NCBI GenBank assembly: GCA_963707215.1
Contig: CAVPPB010000003.1
Location: 480,001 to 544,000, forward strand
Source of the DNA: an uncultured Chloroflexia bacterium
GTDB taxonomy: Bacteria > Chloroflexota > Limnocylindria > Limnocylindrales > CSP1-4
Reading direction: 5' to 3'
Length of the DNA: 64,000 bases
The position numbers and the translations under genes were made by a program. Numbering within the stretch: the stretch's first letter is position 1; the number at the start of each line of letters is the position of its first letter. Below the pieces are notes generated by a model, which did not search any database, was not told where the DNA came from, and was given only the letters and a program-made list of their open reading frames with translations. This document shows positions 1 through 10,583 of this stretch, one piece after another.

Positions 1-26
1 CCCGTCGCTGGACCGAGCCGAGACCG

Positions 27-680
27 ATGGACCTCCCGACGCTCCTGCGCGATGCCCTGCTCGTCGTGGTCGCGTACCTGGTGGGATCGATCCCGGTCGG
101 CGTCCTGGTGGCCCGTGCCGCCGGCGGACCGGATCCGCGGACGATCGGCTCGGGTAGGACCGGCGGGACCAACGCCCTCCGCGCCCTCGGTCGACGCTGG
201 GCCATGGTCGTCGTGATCGGCGATCTCGCCAAGGGCGCCCTGCCGGTCCTTCTCGCTCGGGCGGTCACCGACGACCCGGTCATCGAATCGATCTGCGGCC
301 TGGCCGCCGTCATCGGGGCGGTCCGCTCCATCTACCTGCGCTTCGCCGGCGGCCGTGGCGTCGGGGCGGGCGTCGGGACGATGCTCGTCATCCAGCCGCT
401 CGCCGTGCTCCTTGCGGCACCCGTGTTCGTGGGCGCCGTGGTCCTGTCCGGCTACGTCTCGCTCGGCTCGCTGCTTGGTTCGGCCGCCATGATCCCGGCG
501 ACCGTCCTCCTGTGGTTCATCTCGGGTGGATCGGTCCCGATCGTCTACATCGCCTACGTCACGGCTGGCGTCGCCATCATCTGGCTGGCCCACGCCGACA
601 ACATCAGTCGCCTCCGCCACGGCGAAGAGCGCAAGCTCGACGTGGGACTCCTGGCAGGCCGGCACCGACCCGGGTCCTGA
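27..680 (+). CDS. plsY: glycerol-3-phosphate acyltransferase PlsY
   Basis: Motifs AYLVGSIP, DPRTIGSGRTGGTNALR, DLAKG, F.GG.GV and HADNISRL..GEE; multi-TM protein. Confidence 0.92.
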   Translation: MDLPTLLRDALLVVVAYLVGSIPVGVLVARAAGGPDPRTIGSGRTGGTNALRALGRRWAMVVVIGDLAKGALPVLLARAVTDDPVIESICGLAAVIGAVRSIYLRFAGGRGVGAGVGTMLVIQPLAVLLAAPVFVGAVVLSGYVSLGSLLGSAAMIPATVLLWFISGGSVPIVYIAYVTAGVAIIWLAHADNISRLRHGEERKLDVGLLAGRHRPGS

Positions 681-792
681 AGCACGGAGGAGCGCCCCGT
701 GAAACGCTCGGCAGGGTCGTCGGATCCGCCCGGGAACGGCACGAGGCCCGGGCACTGGGCCCGGGCCTCGGTGATGGGTCGCGGGGAGCGGC

Positions 793-1158
793 TCAGGCGC
801 CGCGCATCGACCGGAAGCAGTCGGAGCAGTACACCGGCTTGCCGTTGGTCGGCTTGAAGGGCAGGCGCGCCTCGTTGCCGCAGTTCGAGCAGGTCGCGGT
901 ATAGGTCGGCCGCGGGCCGCGGTCGCTGTATCCGCCGCTCGAGTAGCCGCCGCCGGCAGAGTAGCCGCCGCCGGCAGAGTAGCCGCCGCCGGCAGAGTAG
1001 CCGCCGCCGGAGTCGCGCTGGGCCTTGCGGGCGGCCCGGCAGCTGGGGCACCGACGAGGCTCGGAAAAGCCGCGCTCGGCGTAGAACGCCTGATCCCGCT
1101 CGGTGAAGACGAACGACTGGCTGCAGTCGCTGCAGGTCAGGGTGCGGTCCTGGTACAC
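793..1158 (-). CDS. CxxC-x17-CxxC zinc-ribbon protein with Gly/Tyr-rich linker
   Basis: DRTLTCSDC..F.F...Q.FY..RGF.EPRRCPSCR domain, GGGYS repeats, then ATCSNCG..A.LPFKP..GKPVYCSDCF. Confidence 0.88.
   Translation of the reverse strand: MYQDRTLTCSDCSQSFVFTERDQAFYAERGFSEPRRCPSCRAARKAQRDSGGGYSAGGGYSAGGGYSAGGGYSSGGYSDRGPRPTYTATCSNCGNEARLPFKPTNGKPVYCSDCFRSMRGA
941..1010. repeat. 18-bp tandem repeat (~4 copies) encoding GGGYSA
   Basis: GAGTAGCCGCCGCCGGCA starts at 941, 959, 977 and 995 (last copy imperfect). Confidence 0.9.
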
Positions 1159-1343
1159 GAAAACTCCTCTACTCGGTAGCCGCGATCCGCTCGTTTTCTC
1201 GCGATCACCGTGAGAGGAGCCGAGTGCGTCGACAGGCTAGCCATTCCTGACCGCGGGCGTTTCCCGCGGCGTGCAGCGGAGCATACGGCGCCGTCGTGGC
1301 CTGCACAAGTGGTTTCCTGCCCGTCCGATGGTCCGGTCCTGGG

Positions 1344-1583
1344 TCAGGATCGACGGGTCGCCGCTCGCCAGAGGACCGATGCGGTCCCGACGACCAGCAC
1401 GATGATGGCCAGCGGGGTATCGAGGACGACGCTCCGGAGGTCGCCGGGCAGCAGATCCGTCAGCAGGGCCGCCCCGAGGACGACCGCCACCACGAGCAGC
1501 CCCACGAGGAGGACCTCGGGCCACCCGGGCGCCCGACCCGTGGCGTCGGCGGGCCGGCCATCGTCACCAGGAGCCTGGCTCAC
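1344..1583 (-). CDS. small two-TM membrane protein
   Basis: 79 aa with two hydrophobic helices; 4-nt overlap with the nnrE stop. Confidence 0.65.
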   Translation of the reverse strand: MSQAPGDDGRPADATGRAPGWPEVLLVGLLVVAVVLGAALLTDLLPGDLRSVVLDTPLAIIVLVVGTASVLWRAATRRS

Positions 1584-2395
1584 GTCCGATCGGCCTCGGT
1601 CGGGACCCCGATCGGCGCGACGAGCACGCGACCGGCAAGCGCCCGGCCGACCCTCGTCTGCAGGCCGGTCTTGGGACGGTGGAAGGTGATCGTCAGGTCG
1701 GCCCGGACCACCGGGTCGGATGCCTCGCCCGACGAGAGGTCGACGGCGGTGGGAGTGTCGACGGCGGCGATCGGGACCCCGGCTTCGCGAGCTCGACCGA
1801 TGAGCTCCACCGCGCTGCGGATCGGTTCGCGCAGGACGCCCCGCACGCCCGTCCCGAGGAGCGCATCGACGACCACTGACGATCGTTCGACGCCCTGCGA
1901 CAGGATGGCGACGTCACGGGCCACCGGGGCGTGGATCCGGGCCACCCGGGGAACCGCGGCAAGGCGCTCCCAGTTCCGGATCGCGTCCGGCGTGGTGGGG
2001 CGTGCCTCGGTCGCCACGAGGACCGCGGCGACGTCGATCCCTCCCCGGGCGAGGACCCGGGCAGCGACGAGACCGTCGCCGCCGTTGTTGCCGGGCCCGC
2101 AGAGGATGAGGATCGGCCCCCTGCCGAGTCGTCCGGTGGCCTCCGCCAATGCCCGGACCGCCGCCGCGACGGCGGTCCCCGCGTGCTCCATCAGCCGCTC
2201 GCCCGGGACCCCGAGAGCCTGGGCGCGCCGATCGGCCCCGGTCATCCCCTCGGCCGAGATGGGTGCCCTGGCCGCAGCCTCGGCCCAGCGCCGACGAAGG
2301 GCGCCCAGGTCGAGCCGCAGCAGCTCGGGATCGTCGGCAGGGAGCGGGGCGGGTCCGGACGCTGAGTCCCGGTCCGGGTCGGAGTGCTCGGGCAT
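1580..2395 (-). CDS. nnrE: NAD(P)H-hydrate epimerase (stand-alone YjeF_N)
   Basis: LMEHAG, LCGPGNNGGDG, VVDALLGTG, AVDTPT and ADLTITF motifs; start placed at MPEHSD (ATG 2395). Confidence 0.88.
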   Translation of the reverse strand: MPEHSDPDRDSASGPAPLPADDPELLRLDLGALRRRWAEAAARAPISAEGMTGADRRAQALGVPGERLMEHAGTAVAAAVRALAEATGRLGRGPILILCGPGNNGGDGLVAARVLARGGIDVAAVLVATEARPTTPDAIRNWERLAAVPRVARIHAPVARDVAILSQGVERSSVVVDALLGTGVRGVLREPIRSAVELIGRAREAGVPIAAVDTPTAVDLSSGEASDPVVRADLTITFHRPKTGLQTRVGRALAGRVLVAPIGVPTEADRT

Positions 2396-2427
2396 CGGGC
2401 ACAGCGTATCGCGTGCCGCAGGTGGGC

Positions 2428-3390
2428 TCACCGGGAGCTCGTCGGCAGGCGGACGACGAGCGGCTCGCCATGCCTCCGCTCGACGAGCCCGTCCCGAGCG
2501 AGCCCCTCGAGGGCCGACTCGACGGCAGCCGGGGGATGCTCGCCGATCGGCCCGCTGAGCCGCGCCCACTCGCCGTCCGGCAGGTCGCGCAACCGGTCGA
2601 CGATCCTCCCCCGCAGCCAGCGGTTGGAGCTGCGGAAGGGCACGGCGCCCTCCCGTGCAGCCGACGCTCGGCCGCGCACTGGTCGCTCCGGCCCGCCCGA
2701 CGCCCGATCGGCCTGGTCGGCTCCGGTGGCCGCCGTCCGACACCAGGGCCGGAGCGGGCAGCCCGGGCAGTCGGGCGCGGTGGACCGGCAGACCCTGGCC
2801 CCGAGATCCATCATCGCGTGCGTCCAGGCGCCGGGTCGCTCAGGAGGGACCAGCAGGTCCGCGAGCGCCTGCAGGCGACGGGGCGACGGGGCCGTCCCGG
2901 GACCGACGAGCCGGGAGATGACCCGGCGGACGTTCGTATCGACGGCCCCGACGGGTGAGCCATAGGCGATCGCGGCGATCGCCCGGGCCGTGTACGGACC
3001 GACGCCCGGAAGGCGCTCCAGCTCAAGGACCGTCGAGGGCACCCGGCCGCCGTGCTCGTCGACGATCGCGCTGGCAGCTTGCTGGAGGGCCAGGGCCCGG
3101 CGGTTGTAGCCCAGGCCGCGCCAGGCCCGAAGGACCTCGGCCGGCGATGCCGCAGCAAGCGTGGCCGGATCGGGGAAGCGGATCATGAAGGCGACCCAGG
3201 CTTCGCCGGCACGGGCGGCCTGCGTCTGCTGGGCCATCGCCTCCGATACCAGGACCGCCCACGGGTCGGCCGTCCCACGGAACGGCAGCGCTCGGTCGTC
3301 GGGCCGGTGCCAGCCCAGCAGTGCCCGACGGATGGGAACGACGGCCAGGGCGTCTCCAGCGGCGGTGTCGCCACCCGCGCGGGACGACAT
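2428..3390 (-). CDS. mutY: A/G-specific adenine DNA glycosylase
   Basis: VLVSEAMAQQT, WRGLGYNRRA, LPGVGPYTA, VDTNVRRV and 4Fe-4S C-x6-C-x2-C-x5-C. Start uncertain (3390 or 3438); the 1050-aa ORF is over-extended. Confidence 0.9.
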   Translation of the reverse strand: MSSRAGGDTAAGDALAVVPIRRALLGWHRPDDRALPFRGTADPWAVLVSEAMAQQTQAARAGEAWVAFMIRFPDPATLAAASPAEVLRAWRGLGYNRRALALQQAASAIVDEHGGRVPSTVLELERLPGVGPYTARAIAAIAYGSPVGAVDTNVRRVISRLVGPGTAPSPRRLQALADLLVPPERPGAWTHAMMDLGARVCRSTAPDCPGCPLRPWCRTAATGADQADRASGGPERPVRGRASAAREGAVPFRSSNRWLRGRIVDRLRDLPDGEWARLSGPIGEHPPAAVESALEGLARDGLVERRHGEPLVVRLPTSSR

Positions 3391-3489
3391 CGGCCGGAGG
3401 CCGGACGGCGACCGCGGCACGGCACGTCGGGCAGGCATCGCGGTCGAGCCTAGCAGGTACCCTGCTGTCCACAGCGGGAGGGCGATGAG

Positions 3490-4407
3490 ATGCGATTCGG
3501 GGCCGCGTTCTGGGTCCAGCGGACCGACTGGCCGAGCCTGCGCGATGCGGTGCTCGAGGCCGAGGCGGCCGGCTTCGATTCCCTCTGGATCGACGACCAC
3601 CTCCTGTGCGATGAGGGCGACTGGACCTCGGGCAAGCTCGAGGGCTGGGGCGTCGCCTCGGCACTCGCTTCCCTGACCGCGCGGGCCACGATCGGGCACC
3701 TCGTCGTGGCCAACACCTTCCGCAACCCCGGGATCACGGCCAAGCAGGCCGTGACCCTCGACCACCTGAGCGGCGGGCGAGCCGTGCTGGGCATCGGCGG
3801 CGCCTGGTTCGAGCGCGAGCACGAGGCATTCGGGATCGAATTCGGGAGCGGCTTCGGCGAGCGGCTCGATCGGCTCGCCGAGGCGGTCGAGATCATCAGC
3901 CGGCTCCTGGCCGGCGAGCGCCTCCACTACGACGGACGCTTCTACTTGATGCGAGACGCCCTCTGCGCGCCCGGTCCGATCCAGCCGAAGCTGCCTATCC
4001 TCATCGGTGGTTCCGGACCGAGGAAGACGCTGCCGCTGGTCGCTCGCTATGCCGACCTCTGGAACGCCTATGGCACGCCTGCCGAGCTGGCCGCGAAGGA
4101 CGCTCTGCTGCAGGAACGGTGCGCCGACATCGGGCGGGATCCATCCACGATCGAGCGCATGGTCAACCACAACGTCGTGATCCGCGACGATCCGGCCTCG
4201 GCGGAGGCCGCCTGGGACGAGTGGGTGCGGACCGGGGTCGATGCCGAGGAGCGCGTCCTCATCGGCGGTCCCCCCGTCCGCATCGCGGAGGCCCTCCGTC
4301 CGTACGTCGAGGTCGGCTTCGACCACGTCGTCTGGATCCTCCGCTCCCCTTGGGACCTGGAGACGATCCGTCGCCTGCCAGAGGTCCGGGCCGCCCTCGA
4401 GCCCTGA
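3490..4407 (+). CDS. LLM class (luciferase-like, probably F420-dependent) oxidoreductase
   Basis: AEAAGFDSLWIDDH, NTFRNPG..AKQAVTLDHLSGGR..LGIG.AW.E.EH and P.PI.IGGSG motifs. Confidence 0.88.
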   Translation: MRFGAAFWVQRTDWPSLRDAVLEAEAAGFDSLWIDDHLLCDEGDWTSGKLEGWGVASALASLTARATIGHLVVANTFRNPGITAKQAVTLDHLSGGRAVLGIGGAWFEREHEAFGIEFGSGFGERLDRLAEAVEIISRLLAGERLHYDGRFYLMRDALCAPGPIQPKLPILIGGSGPRKTLPLVARYADLWNAYGTPAELAAKDALLQERCADIGRDPSTIERMVNHNVVIRDDPASAEAAWDEWVRTGVDAEERVLIGGPPVRIAEALRPYVEVGFDHVVWILRSPWDLETIRRLPEVRAALEP

Positions 4408-4551
4408 CGAGCCGCGCGATCTCACGCGGCGGTGCGCCCACGCACCGCCCGCCGGATGCCCCGTCGCCGCCGGGCCATCGGTCCCGGGACGGCGGGCCGT
4501 CCGGCCCGGCCCTACGGGACCCCTCGGCAGCATCCCGCTCCGGTGGTTGCG

Positions 4552-4592
4552 GTGAAGATTTCGAGCGATTTGACGCGCTTGAGCGGGTCGAC
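4552..4592 (+). promoter_or_regulatory. 9-bp-period direct-repeat array (candidate operator)
   Basis: GTGAA 4552, TCGAG 4561, TTGAC 4570, TTGAG 4579, TCGAC 4588: exact 9-nt spacing, in a locally AT-richer patch upstream of the HTH gene. Confidence 0.55.
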
Positions 4593-4620
4593 CGCTCGGC
4601 GGACCGACGCGGAGGCAGCC

Positions 4621-5337
4621 TTGGCGCCGACCGGCCAGCATCCCGCCACCCCCGATCAATGGCTGTCCATCCGCGAGGCGGCCGACCTGATCGGCGTCTC
4701 GCCGGCCACCCTGCGACGCTGGAGCGACGCTGGGGAGATCGAGGCCTTCACGACCCCCGGCGGCCACCGCCGCTTCTCGCGCCGAGCCGTCGAGGCGATG
4801 CTCCCGGCGGCCGAGGGCACCCGGTCTGTCCGCGAGATGGGCGTCACCCCAGAACGACTGGCGCGGATCTACCACCGCCTGGCCAACCGCATGGTCGCCG
4901 ACACACCCTGGGCAAGGGCACTCGACAGCGCGCAGCGAGGGCCCTACCGCGAGCATGGCCGGCGGATCGGCAGCGCGCTCGTCTACTACCTCGATGCTCC
5001 CGACGAAGTGTCGCGGGAGGCGGCCATCGTCATCGCCGAAGAGGCCTGTCGCGAGTACGGCCGGCTGGCGGCCGAGGACGGTTCCGGCCTCGCCGAAGCG
5101 ATCGAGCTGTTCATGCGCTTCCGGATGGTCTTCCTCCGGGAGATGACCTCGCTGGCCCGGCGACACGCCCTCGACATCGTCGAGGCGACGAGCCTCCTCG
5201 AGTCCACCCACCGAGCCTTCGATCGCCTGCTCCATGCGATCCTCGTCGCCTACCAGGCGAACGCGTCCCCGGCCATCGCGGCCTCGCCCACGGACGAGCC
5301 CAGCGTCCCGGCCTCGAACGGGCGGGGTCCGCGATGA
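4621..5337 (+). CDS. Xis/BldC (MerR-like) HTH regulator with all-helical C-terminal domain; first gene of the heme operon
   Basis: WLSIREAADLIGVSPATLRRWSDAG.I....TPGGHRRF; GGAGG at 4611-4615 precedes TTG 4621; stop overlaps the hemA ATG (ATGA). Confidence 0.8.
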   Translation: MAPTGQHPATPDQWLSIREAADLIGVSPATLRRWSDAGEIEAFTTPGGHRRFSRRAVEAMLPAAEGTRSVREMGVTPERLARIYHRLANRMVADTPWARALDSAQRGPYREHGRRIGSALVYYLDAPDEVSREAAIVIAEEACREYGRLAAEDGSGLAEAIELFMRFRMVFLREMTSLARRHALDIVEATSLLESTHRAFDRLLHAILVAYQANASPAIAASPTDEPSVPASNGRGPR

Positions 5338-6545
5338 CCGACCTGCTCGAGCGCCCCGTCGAGGGCGCGACACCCGCCGGGCTGCAGGCCCCCTGGCGGC
5401 GCTCCACCGTCGTGGCCTTCGTGGCCCACGCCCGTGACGTCGCCAGCCCGGATCGGGAAGCCTTCGCCGAGCGTCTGGCCGCCGAGGCCCCGAGCGAGGG
5501 CGCGATCGTCGTCCACACCTGCCACCGCGTCGAGCTCTACGTCGCCCCGGCCGCATGGGGCGAGCGGCCGCTGCCGTCACTGCCCGACGGCACCCGGACG
5601 CTCGACGACGTCGCCGCCGCCCGTCACCTGATCGAGGTCGCCTGCGGGCTCGACAGCGCCGTGATCGGCGAGGACCAGATCCTGCACCAGCTCCGCGAGA
5701 CCGTCGCCGAGCGCCACTCGACCTTCCCCCTTGAGCCGGTCCTCGACCGGCTCTTCCAGGCGGCGCTCCACGCCGGCCGCCAGGCCCACACCTGGTTCAG
5801 TGGCTCCCACAGGTCCCTGGCCGACGTCGCCCTCGACCTCGTCGAGGAGCGGACCGGCGCGCTCCATGACCGTCCGATCCTGGTCGTCGGGGCCGGCCGG
5901 ATGGGGCGCCTTGCCGCCTTCGCGGCGTCGCGCCGCGGCGGCCACGTCCACATCAGCAATCGACACGAGGACCGGGCCGAGGCCCTGGCCCACGACACCG
6001 GCGGTCGCGTGGTGCCGTGGGGAGGCGTCCCCCTCGACCCGGCTCCGGCGGGCATCGTGCTCGCCATCGGCGGCGCATGGCAGGTCGACCGAGAGGGCTT
6101 GACGGAGCTGCTCGAGGGCAGCGCCGTCGTGGTCGACCTGTCATCGCCGGCCGCCATCGGAGACGACGTCCAGGCGGCCCTGGCCGGACGCTACGTGTCC
6201 GTCGACGAGCTGGCCGAGACACCCGAGGCGACGCTCCCCGGCCGCCTGCGTCGACGGCTCGACACGCTCGTGTCGGAGACCGGCCGAGAGTACTGCCAGT
6301 GGCTCCGGAGCCGCGAGAGCGCACCGGCGATCCGGGCGATGGCCGCCGCGGCCGAGGAGCGCCGGCGAGCCGAGGTCGGCTGGCTCCTTCGCCGGCTGCC
6401 CGACCTGGCCGACGATGAGCAGGCGCTCGTCGAGCAGATGACCCACCGACTCGTTGCGAGCCTGCTCCACGCCCCCTTCTCGGCGCTGAACGCCGATGCC
6501 GACGGGGAGCTCGAGCGGGCCGCCCGAGAGCTGTTCGCACTGTGA
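5334..6545 (+). CDS. hemA: glutamyl-tRNA reductase
   Basis: TCHRVELY catalytic Cys, VACGLDSAVIGEDQILHQ, Rossmann VVGAGRMG and C-terminal LLHAP. Confidence 0.9.
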   Translation: MTDLLERPVEGATPAGLQAPWRRSTVVAFVAHARDVASPDREAFAERLAAEAPSEGAIVVHTCHRVELYVAPAAWGERPLPSLPDGTRTLDDVAAARHLIEVACGLDSAVIGEDQILHQLRETVAERHSTFPLEPVLDRLFQAALHAGRQAHTWFSGSHRSLADVALDLVEERTGALHDRPILVVGAGRMGRLAAFAASRRGGHVHISNRHEDRAEALAHDTGGRVVPWGGVPLDPAPAGIVLAIGGAWQVDREGLTELLEGSAVVVDLSSPAAIGDDVQAALAGRYVSVDELAETPEATLPGRLRRRLDTLVSETGREYCQWLRSRESAPAIRAMAAAAEERRRAEVGWLLRRLPDLADDEQALVEQMTHRLVASLLHAPFSALNADADGELERAARELFAL

Positions 6546-8263
6546 CCGCCATGCGTCCCCTCCGCCTCGGCACGCGCGGCAGCGCCCTGGCGCTCGCCCA
6601 GTCTGGCACGGTGGCCGACGCGCTTCGCGCGCTGGGCGCCAAGGTCGAGATCGTCCGCATCCGGACCGAGGGCGACCAGCGGCCGCCGGACACGGCCTGG
6701 GGCGAAGGGGCCTTCGTGGGTGCGCTCGAGCAGGCTCTCCTCGACGGGACGGTCGACCTCGCCGTCCACAGCGCCAAGGACGTCCCGACCACCGAGGACC
6801 CCCGGCTGACCATCGCCGCCTTCCCGGGCCGGGAGGATCCGCGGGACGCCCTGGTGATCGGCGGCGCCGGCGGCTCGCTGGAGTCCCTCCCGGACGGTGC
6901 CAGGGTCGGGACCGACAGTCCCCGCCGATCGGCCTTCCTGCTGGCCCGACGACCGGACCTGCGGCTCCATCCGCTCCACGGCAACGTCGACACGCGGCTC
7001 CGCCGGCTCGCGTCGGGCGAGACCGACGCCCTGGTCCTGGCCGTGGCCGGGCTCACCAGGCTCGGTCTCGCCGAGCGGATCTCGGAGGTCCTCCCGCCTG
7101 AGACCGTGCCGCCGGCCCCCGGTCAAGGCTCGCTGGCGATCCAGTGCCGGTCCGACGACCAGGCGACCCTTGCCTGGGTCCGACGTCTCGACGACGCGGA
7201 CACCCGGGCTGCGGTCGAGGCCGAGCGGACGTTCCTGCGCGCCAGCGGCGGCGGCTGCCGGGCGCCCATCGGCGCGCTGGCCGAGGTCCGCGACGGGACC
7301 CTGACGCTCTCCGCCGGCTCGGCCGGGCCGACCTGGCCGGATGCCGAGCAGCCGGGTGGGCGGGCACCCGTGGTGGCCCGAGGCGAGGTCGCGGGGCCGG
7401 TCGGCGACCGCCTGGCGCTGGCTGCCTCGCTGGCGGTCCGCCTTGCCGACGAGCTCGCGAGCCACCTGCCGCCCGAGCCCGCCAGCCGAGCGCTCCATCG
7501 TGCGGCCCCGCGCGTCCTCGTGACCCGGGCGGTCGAGCAAGCCGGCCCGCTGGTCGCCGCCCTGGAGGAGCGCGGCCTGGACGTGGTCGCCGTCCCGACG
7601 ATCGAGCTCCGCCCCGCGATCCCGGGCGGCGAGCTCGACGACGCCGTCGCAGGCCTCGGCGAGTACCGCTGGGTCGTCGTCACCTCGGCCAACGGTGCCA
7701 GCGCGATCCTCGACGCCGCCGGACGCGTGGGCATCGATCCCGCCGTCGGCCGATGGGCCTCCGTCGGCAGGACCACGACCGCGGTCCTGGCTGGCAGCGG
7801 CATCGAGGTCGCCCTGACGCCGGGCAGGTCAAGCGGCGACGGTCTGGCCGACGAGCTCCCGATCTCGGCCGGCGAGCGCGTCCTGCTGGCCCGGGCCGAC
7901 ATCGCCGACGGGCGCCTGCCGGCGCGGCTGCGCGAACGAGGCGCGGTCGTCGACGAGGTCGTGGCCTACCACACCGTCGAGTCGCCCGAGGCGTCCCGGG
8001 ACCCGCTCCGCCGGGCTCTCGCCGAGGCCCGGTTCGACGCCCTGGTCTTCACCAGCGGATCGACCATCCGCGGTCTCCTGGCGCTCCTCTCACCGCAGGA
8101 GCGGCGCATCGTCCTCCGCGCGCTCGCCTGCTGCATCGGCCCCACCACTGCCCGCGAGGCCCGCGAGGCCGGCTTCGGGCGGATCGTCGAGGCGCCGATG
8201 CAGACCGCCACCGCCCTGGCCGACACGATCGTCGGCGCCGTCCGAGACGAGGTACCCGCATGA
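6542..8263 (+). CDS. hemC: hydroxymethylbilane synthase fused to uroporphyrinogen-III synthase (HemC-HemD)
   Basis: [25 protein letters not shown] and GGGCRAPI (HemC), then [14 protein letters not shown] and VFTSGST (HemD). Confidence 0.92.
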   Translation: MTAMRPLRLGTRGSALALAQSGTVADALRALGAKVEIVRIRTEGDQRPPDTAWGEGAFVGALEQALLDGTVDLAVHSAKDVPTTEDPRLTIAAFPGREDPRDALVIGGAGGSLESLPDGARVGTDSPRRSAFLLARRPDLRLHPLHGNVDTRLRRLASGETDALVLAVAGLTRLGLAERISEVLPPETVPPAPGQGSLAIQCRSDDQATLAWVRRLDDADTRAAVEAERTFLRASGGGCRAPIGALAEVRDGTLTLSAGSAGPTWPDAEQPGGRAPVVARGEVAGPVGDRLALAASLAVRLADELASHLPPEPASRALHRAAPRVLVTRAVEQAGPLVAALEERGLDVVAVPTIELRPAIPGGELDDAVAGLGEYRWVVVTSANGASAILDAAGRVGIDPAVGRWASVGRTTTAVLAGSGIEVALTPGRSSGDGLADELPISAGERVLLARADIADGRLPARLRERGAVVDEVVAYHTVESPEASRDPLRRALAEARFDALVFTSGSTIRGLLALLSPQERRIVLRALACCIGPTTAREAREAGFGRIVEAPMQTATALADTIVGAVRDEVPA

Positions 8264-9300
8264 GCAGCAAGGTGATGGAGCGGCCCGCGCTCCTCGGTGA
8301 TCAGGCCCATGTCCCGGACCCGGCCCATCGGCTCCGCCGCCTCCGCCGGTCGCCCCAGCTGCGGGCGCTGGTCCGGGAGACGCGACCGGATCCACGCCAG
8401 CTGATCGCTCCCCTGTTCGTGCAGCCCGGACGGGCGGTCCGCGACCCCATCTCCTCGCTTCCTGGCGTCTCCCGGCTCTCCCCGGACGAGGCCGTCGCGG
8501 AGGCCCGTCGGCTTGCCGCGCTGAGGGTCGGCGGGATCATCCTGTTCGGCCTGCCGGAGGGCAAGGACGGCGACGGGAGCGGCGCCTGGATCGCCGATGG
8601 GATCATCCAGGACACGCTGGCCCGCCTCCGCGACGAGGACCCCGACCTGGTCCTCGTCGCCGACACCTGCCTCTGCGAGTACACCGACCACGGCCACTGC
8701 GGACCGCTCCTGGCCGACGGCCGGGTCGACAACGACGCCGCCATCGCCCTGCTGGCCGAGACCGCCGTCTCGCAGGCACGGGCCGGGGCCGACATCGTCG
8801 CGCCGAGCGCGATGATGGACGGTCAGGTGGCGGCCATCCGGGCCGGCCTGGACAGCGCCGGCTTCCCCGACACGGCCATCCTGGCCTATGCCGCCAAGAC
8901 GGCTTCGGCCTTCTACGGTCCGTTCCGCGAGGCGGCCGACTCGGCCCCCGCCTTCGGCGATCGGCGCGGCTACCAGCTGGACCCGGCCAACCGGCGCGAG
9001 GCGATGCGCGAGATGACCGTCGACCTCGACGAGGGCGCCGACGCGCTCCTGGTCAAGCCGGCGATGCCGTCGCTCGACATCCTGGCGGCAGCTCGAGCGC
9101 GCTTCGAGGTCCCGATCGCGGCCTACCAGGTGAGCGGCGAGTACGCCCAGATCGAGGCCGCCGCTCGGCTCGGCTGGATCGACCGCCGCCGGACCCACCT
9201 CGAGGCGCTGACCTCGATCGTCCGGGCCGGGGCGGGGATGGTCATCACCTATGCGGCCGCGGATCTCGCCGCCTGGCTGCGGGACGGGATCGAGGCGTGA
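8260..9300 (+). CDS. hemB: porphobilinogen synthase (Zn-type)
   Basis: [42 protein letters not shown] and AAYQVSGEY. Confidence 0.95.
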   Translation: MSSKVMERPALLGDQAHVPDPAHRLRRLRRSPQLRALVRETRPDPRQLIAPLFVQPGRAVRDPISSLPGVSRLSPDEAVAEARRLAALRVGGIILFGLPEGKDGDGSGAWIADGIIQDTLARLRDEDPDLVLVADTCLCEYTDHGHCGPLLADGRVDNDAAIALLAETAVSQARAGADIVAPSAMMDGQVAAIRAGLDSAGFPDTAILAYAAKTASAFYGPFREAADSAPAFGDRRGYQLDPANRREAMREMTVDLDEGADALLVKPAMPSLDILAAARARFEVPIAAYQVSGEYAQIEAAARLGWIDRRRTHLEALTSIVRAGAGMVITYAAADLAAWLRDGIEA

Positions 9301-10583
9301 CCGTGACCACCAACGGCCGGCAGGCGACCCTCGTGGCGGCGGCCGAGGACCTCTTCCCGGGCGGGGTGAACAGCCCGGTCCGCGCGTTCCGCTCGGTGGG
9401 TCGGCGACCGATCGTCCTCGAGGCGGGCTCCGGGCCGAGGGTCAGGGACGCCGACGGGCACTGGTACGTCGACTTCATCGGCGCCTGGGGACCGGCCATC
9501 CTGGGGCACGCCAACCCCGCGGTCATCGAGGCGGTCCGGGCGGCGGCCCTCGACGGGTTCGCCCTCGGGGCGACGTCGCCGCGCGAGGTCGCCCTCGGCG
9601 CGGCCATCCGGTCGGCGATGCCGTCCCTGGAACGGCTCCGGTTCACCTCCTCGGGAACCGAGGCAGCCATGAGCGCGCTTCGGGTCGCGAGGGGGGCCAC
9701 CGGCAGGGACCTCGTCCTCAAGTTCGCCGGCGGCTACCACGGCCACTCCGACAGTCTCCTCGTCGAGGCGGGGTCGGGCGTCGCCACCCTGGCCCTCCCC
9801 GGCAGCGCCGGAGTCCCGGCCGCCATGGCCGCCGGGACCATCGTCGTGGAGTTCAACGACCTCGAGGCGGTCCGAGCGGCCTTCGCGACCTATCCGGGCC
9901 GCATCGCGGCCGTCATCGTCGAGCCGGTGGCGGCGAACGTCGGGGTGATCCCGCCGGCGCCCGGCTTCCTGGAGGGCCTCCGCGAGGTCACGGCGGCGGA
10001 CGGCGCCCTGCTCGTCTTCGACGAGGTCATCACCGGCTTCCGGGTCGCCCACGGCGGGGCGCAGGCCCGCTTCGGCATCAGGCCGGACCTGACCGTCCTC
10101 GGCAAGATCATCGGTGGCGGGATGCCGATCGGGGCCTACGGCGGGCGCCACGAGCTGATGGACCTGGTCGCCCCGGTGGGGCCCGTTTACCAGGCCGGGA
10201 CGCTGTCCGGGCATCCGATCACGATGGCAGCCGGCACGGCCACCCTGGCCATGCTCGACGGCTCCGTCTACGAGCGGCTCGAGGCAAGCGGGGCGAGGCT
10301 GGAGGCGGAGCTCGCCGACGCGGCAGAGACGGCAGGGCGGACGATCGCCATCACTCGCGTCGGGGCGCTCCTCACCGTCTTCTTCCGGCCGACCCGACCC
10401 GTCTCGAGCGCCGAGGCGATGGCCTCCGACCGGGACGCCTTCGCCCGCTTCTTCGGGGCGATGCTGGACCGCGGCATCCTCCTGCCGCCGTCGCCGTTCG
10501 AGGCCTGGTTCATCTCCCTCGCCCATGACGGCGCCGCCCTCGACGAGACGATCGCGGCGGCCCGGGAGGCCTTCGCGGCATGA
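9297..10583 (+). CDS. hemL: glutamate-1-semialdehyde 2,1-aminomutase
   Basis: [46 protein letters not shown] and YQAGTLSG. Confidence 0.95.
   Translation: MTVTTNGRQATLVAAAEDLFPGGVNSPVRAFRSVGRRPIVLEAGSGPRVRDADGHWYVDFIGAWGPAILGHANPAVIEAVRAAALDGFALGATSPREVALGAAIRSAMPSLERLRFTSSGTEAAMSALRVARGATGRDLVLKFAGGYHGHSDSLLVEAGSGVATLALPGSAGVPAAMAAGTIVVEFNDLEAVRAAFATYPGRIAAVIVEPVAANVGVIPPAPGFLEGLREVTAADGALLVFDEVITGFRVAHGGAQARFGIRPDLTVLGKIIGGGMPIGAYGGRHELMDLVAPVGPVYQAGTLSGHPITMAAGTATLAMLDGSVYERLEASGARLEAELADAAETAGRTIAITRVGALLTVFFRPTRPVSSAEAMASDRDAFARFFGAMLDRGILLPPSPFEAWFISLAHDGAALDETIAAAREAFAA

Noticed and set aside
2428-5580. 1050-aa ORF containing MutY
   Set aside because: The first ~700 aa are antisense to the LLM and HTH genes; this is a stop-poor shadow frame typical of high-GC DNA.
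6542-8263. HemC-HemD fusion as a novelty
   Set aside because: Fusions of consecutive hem enzymes are already known; annotated as a feature only.
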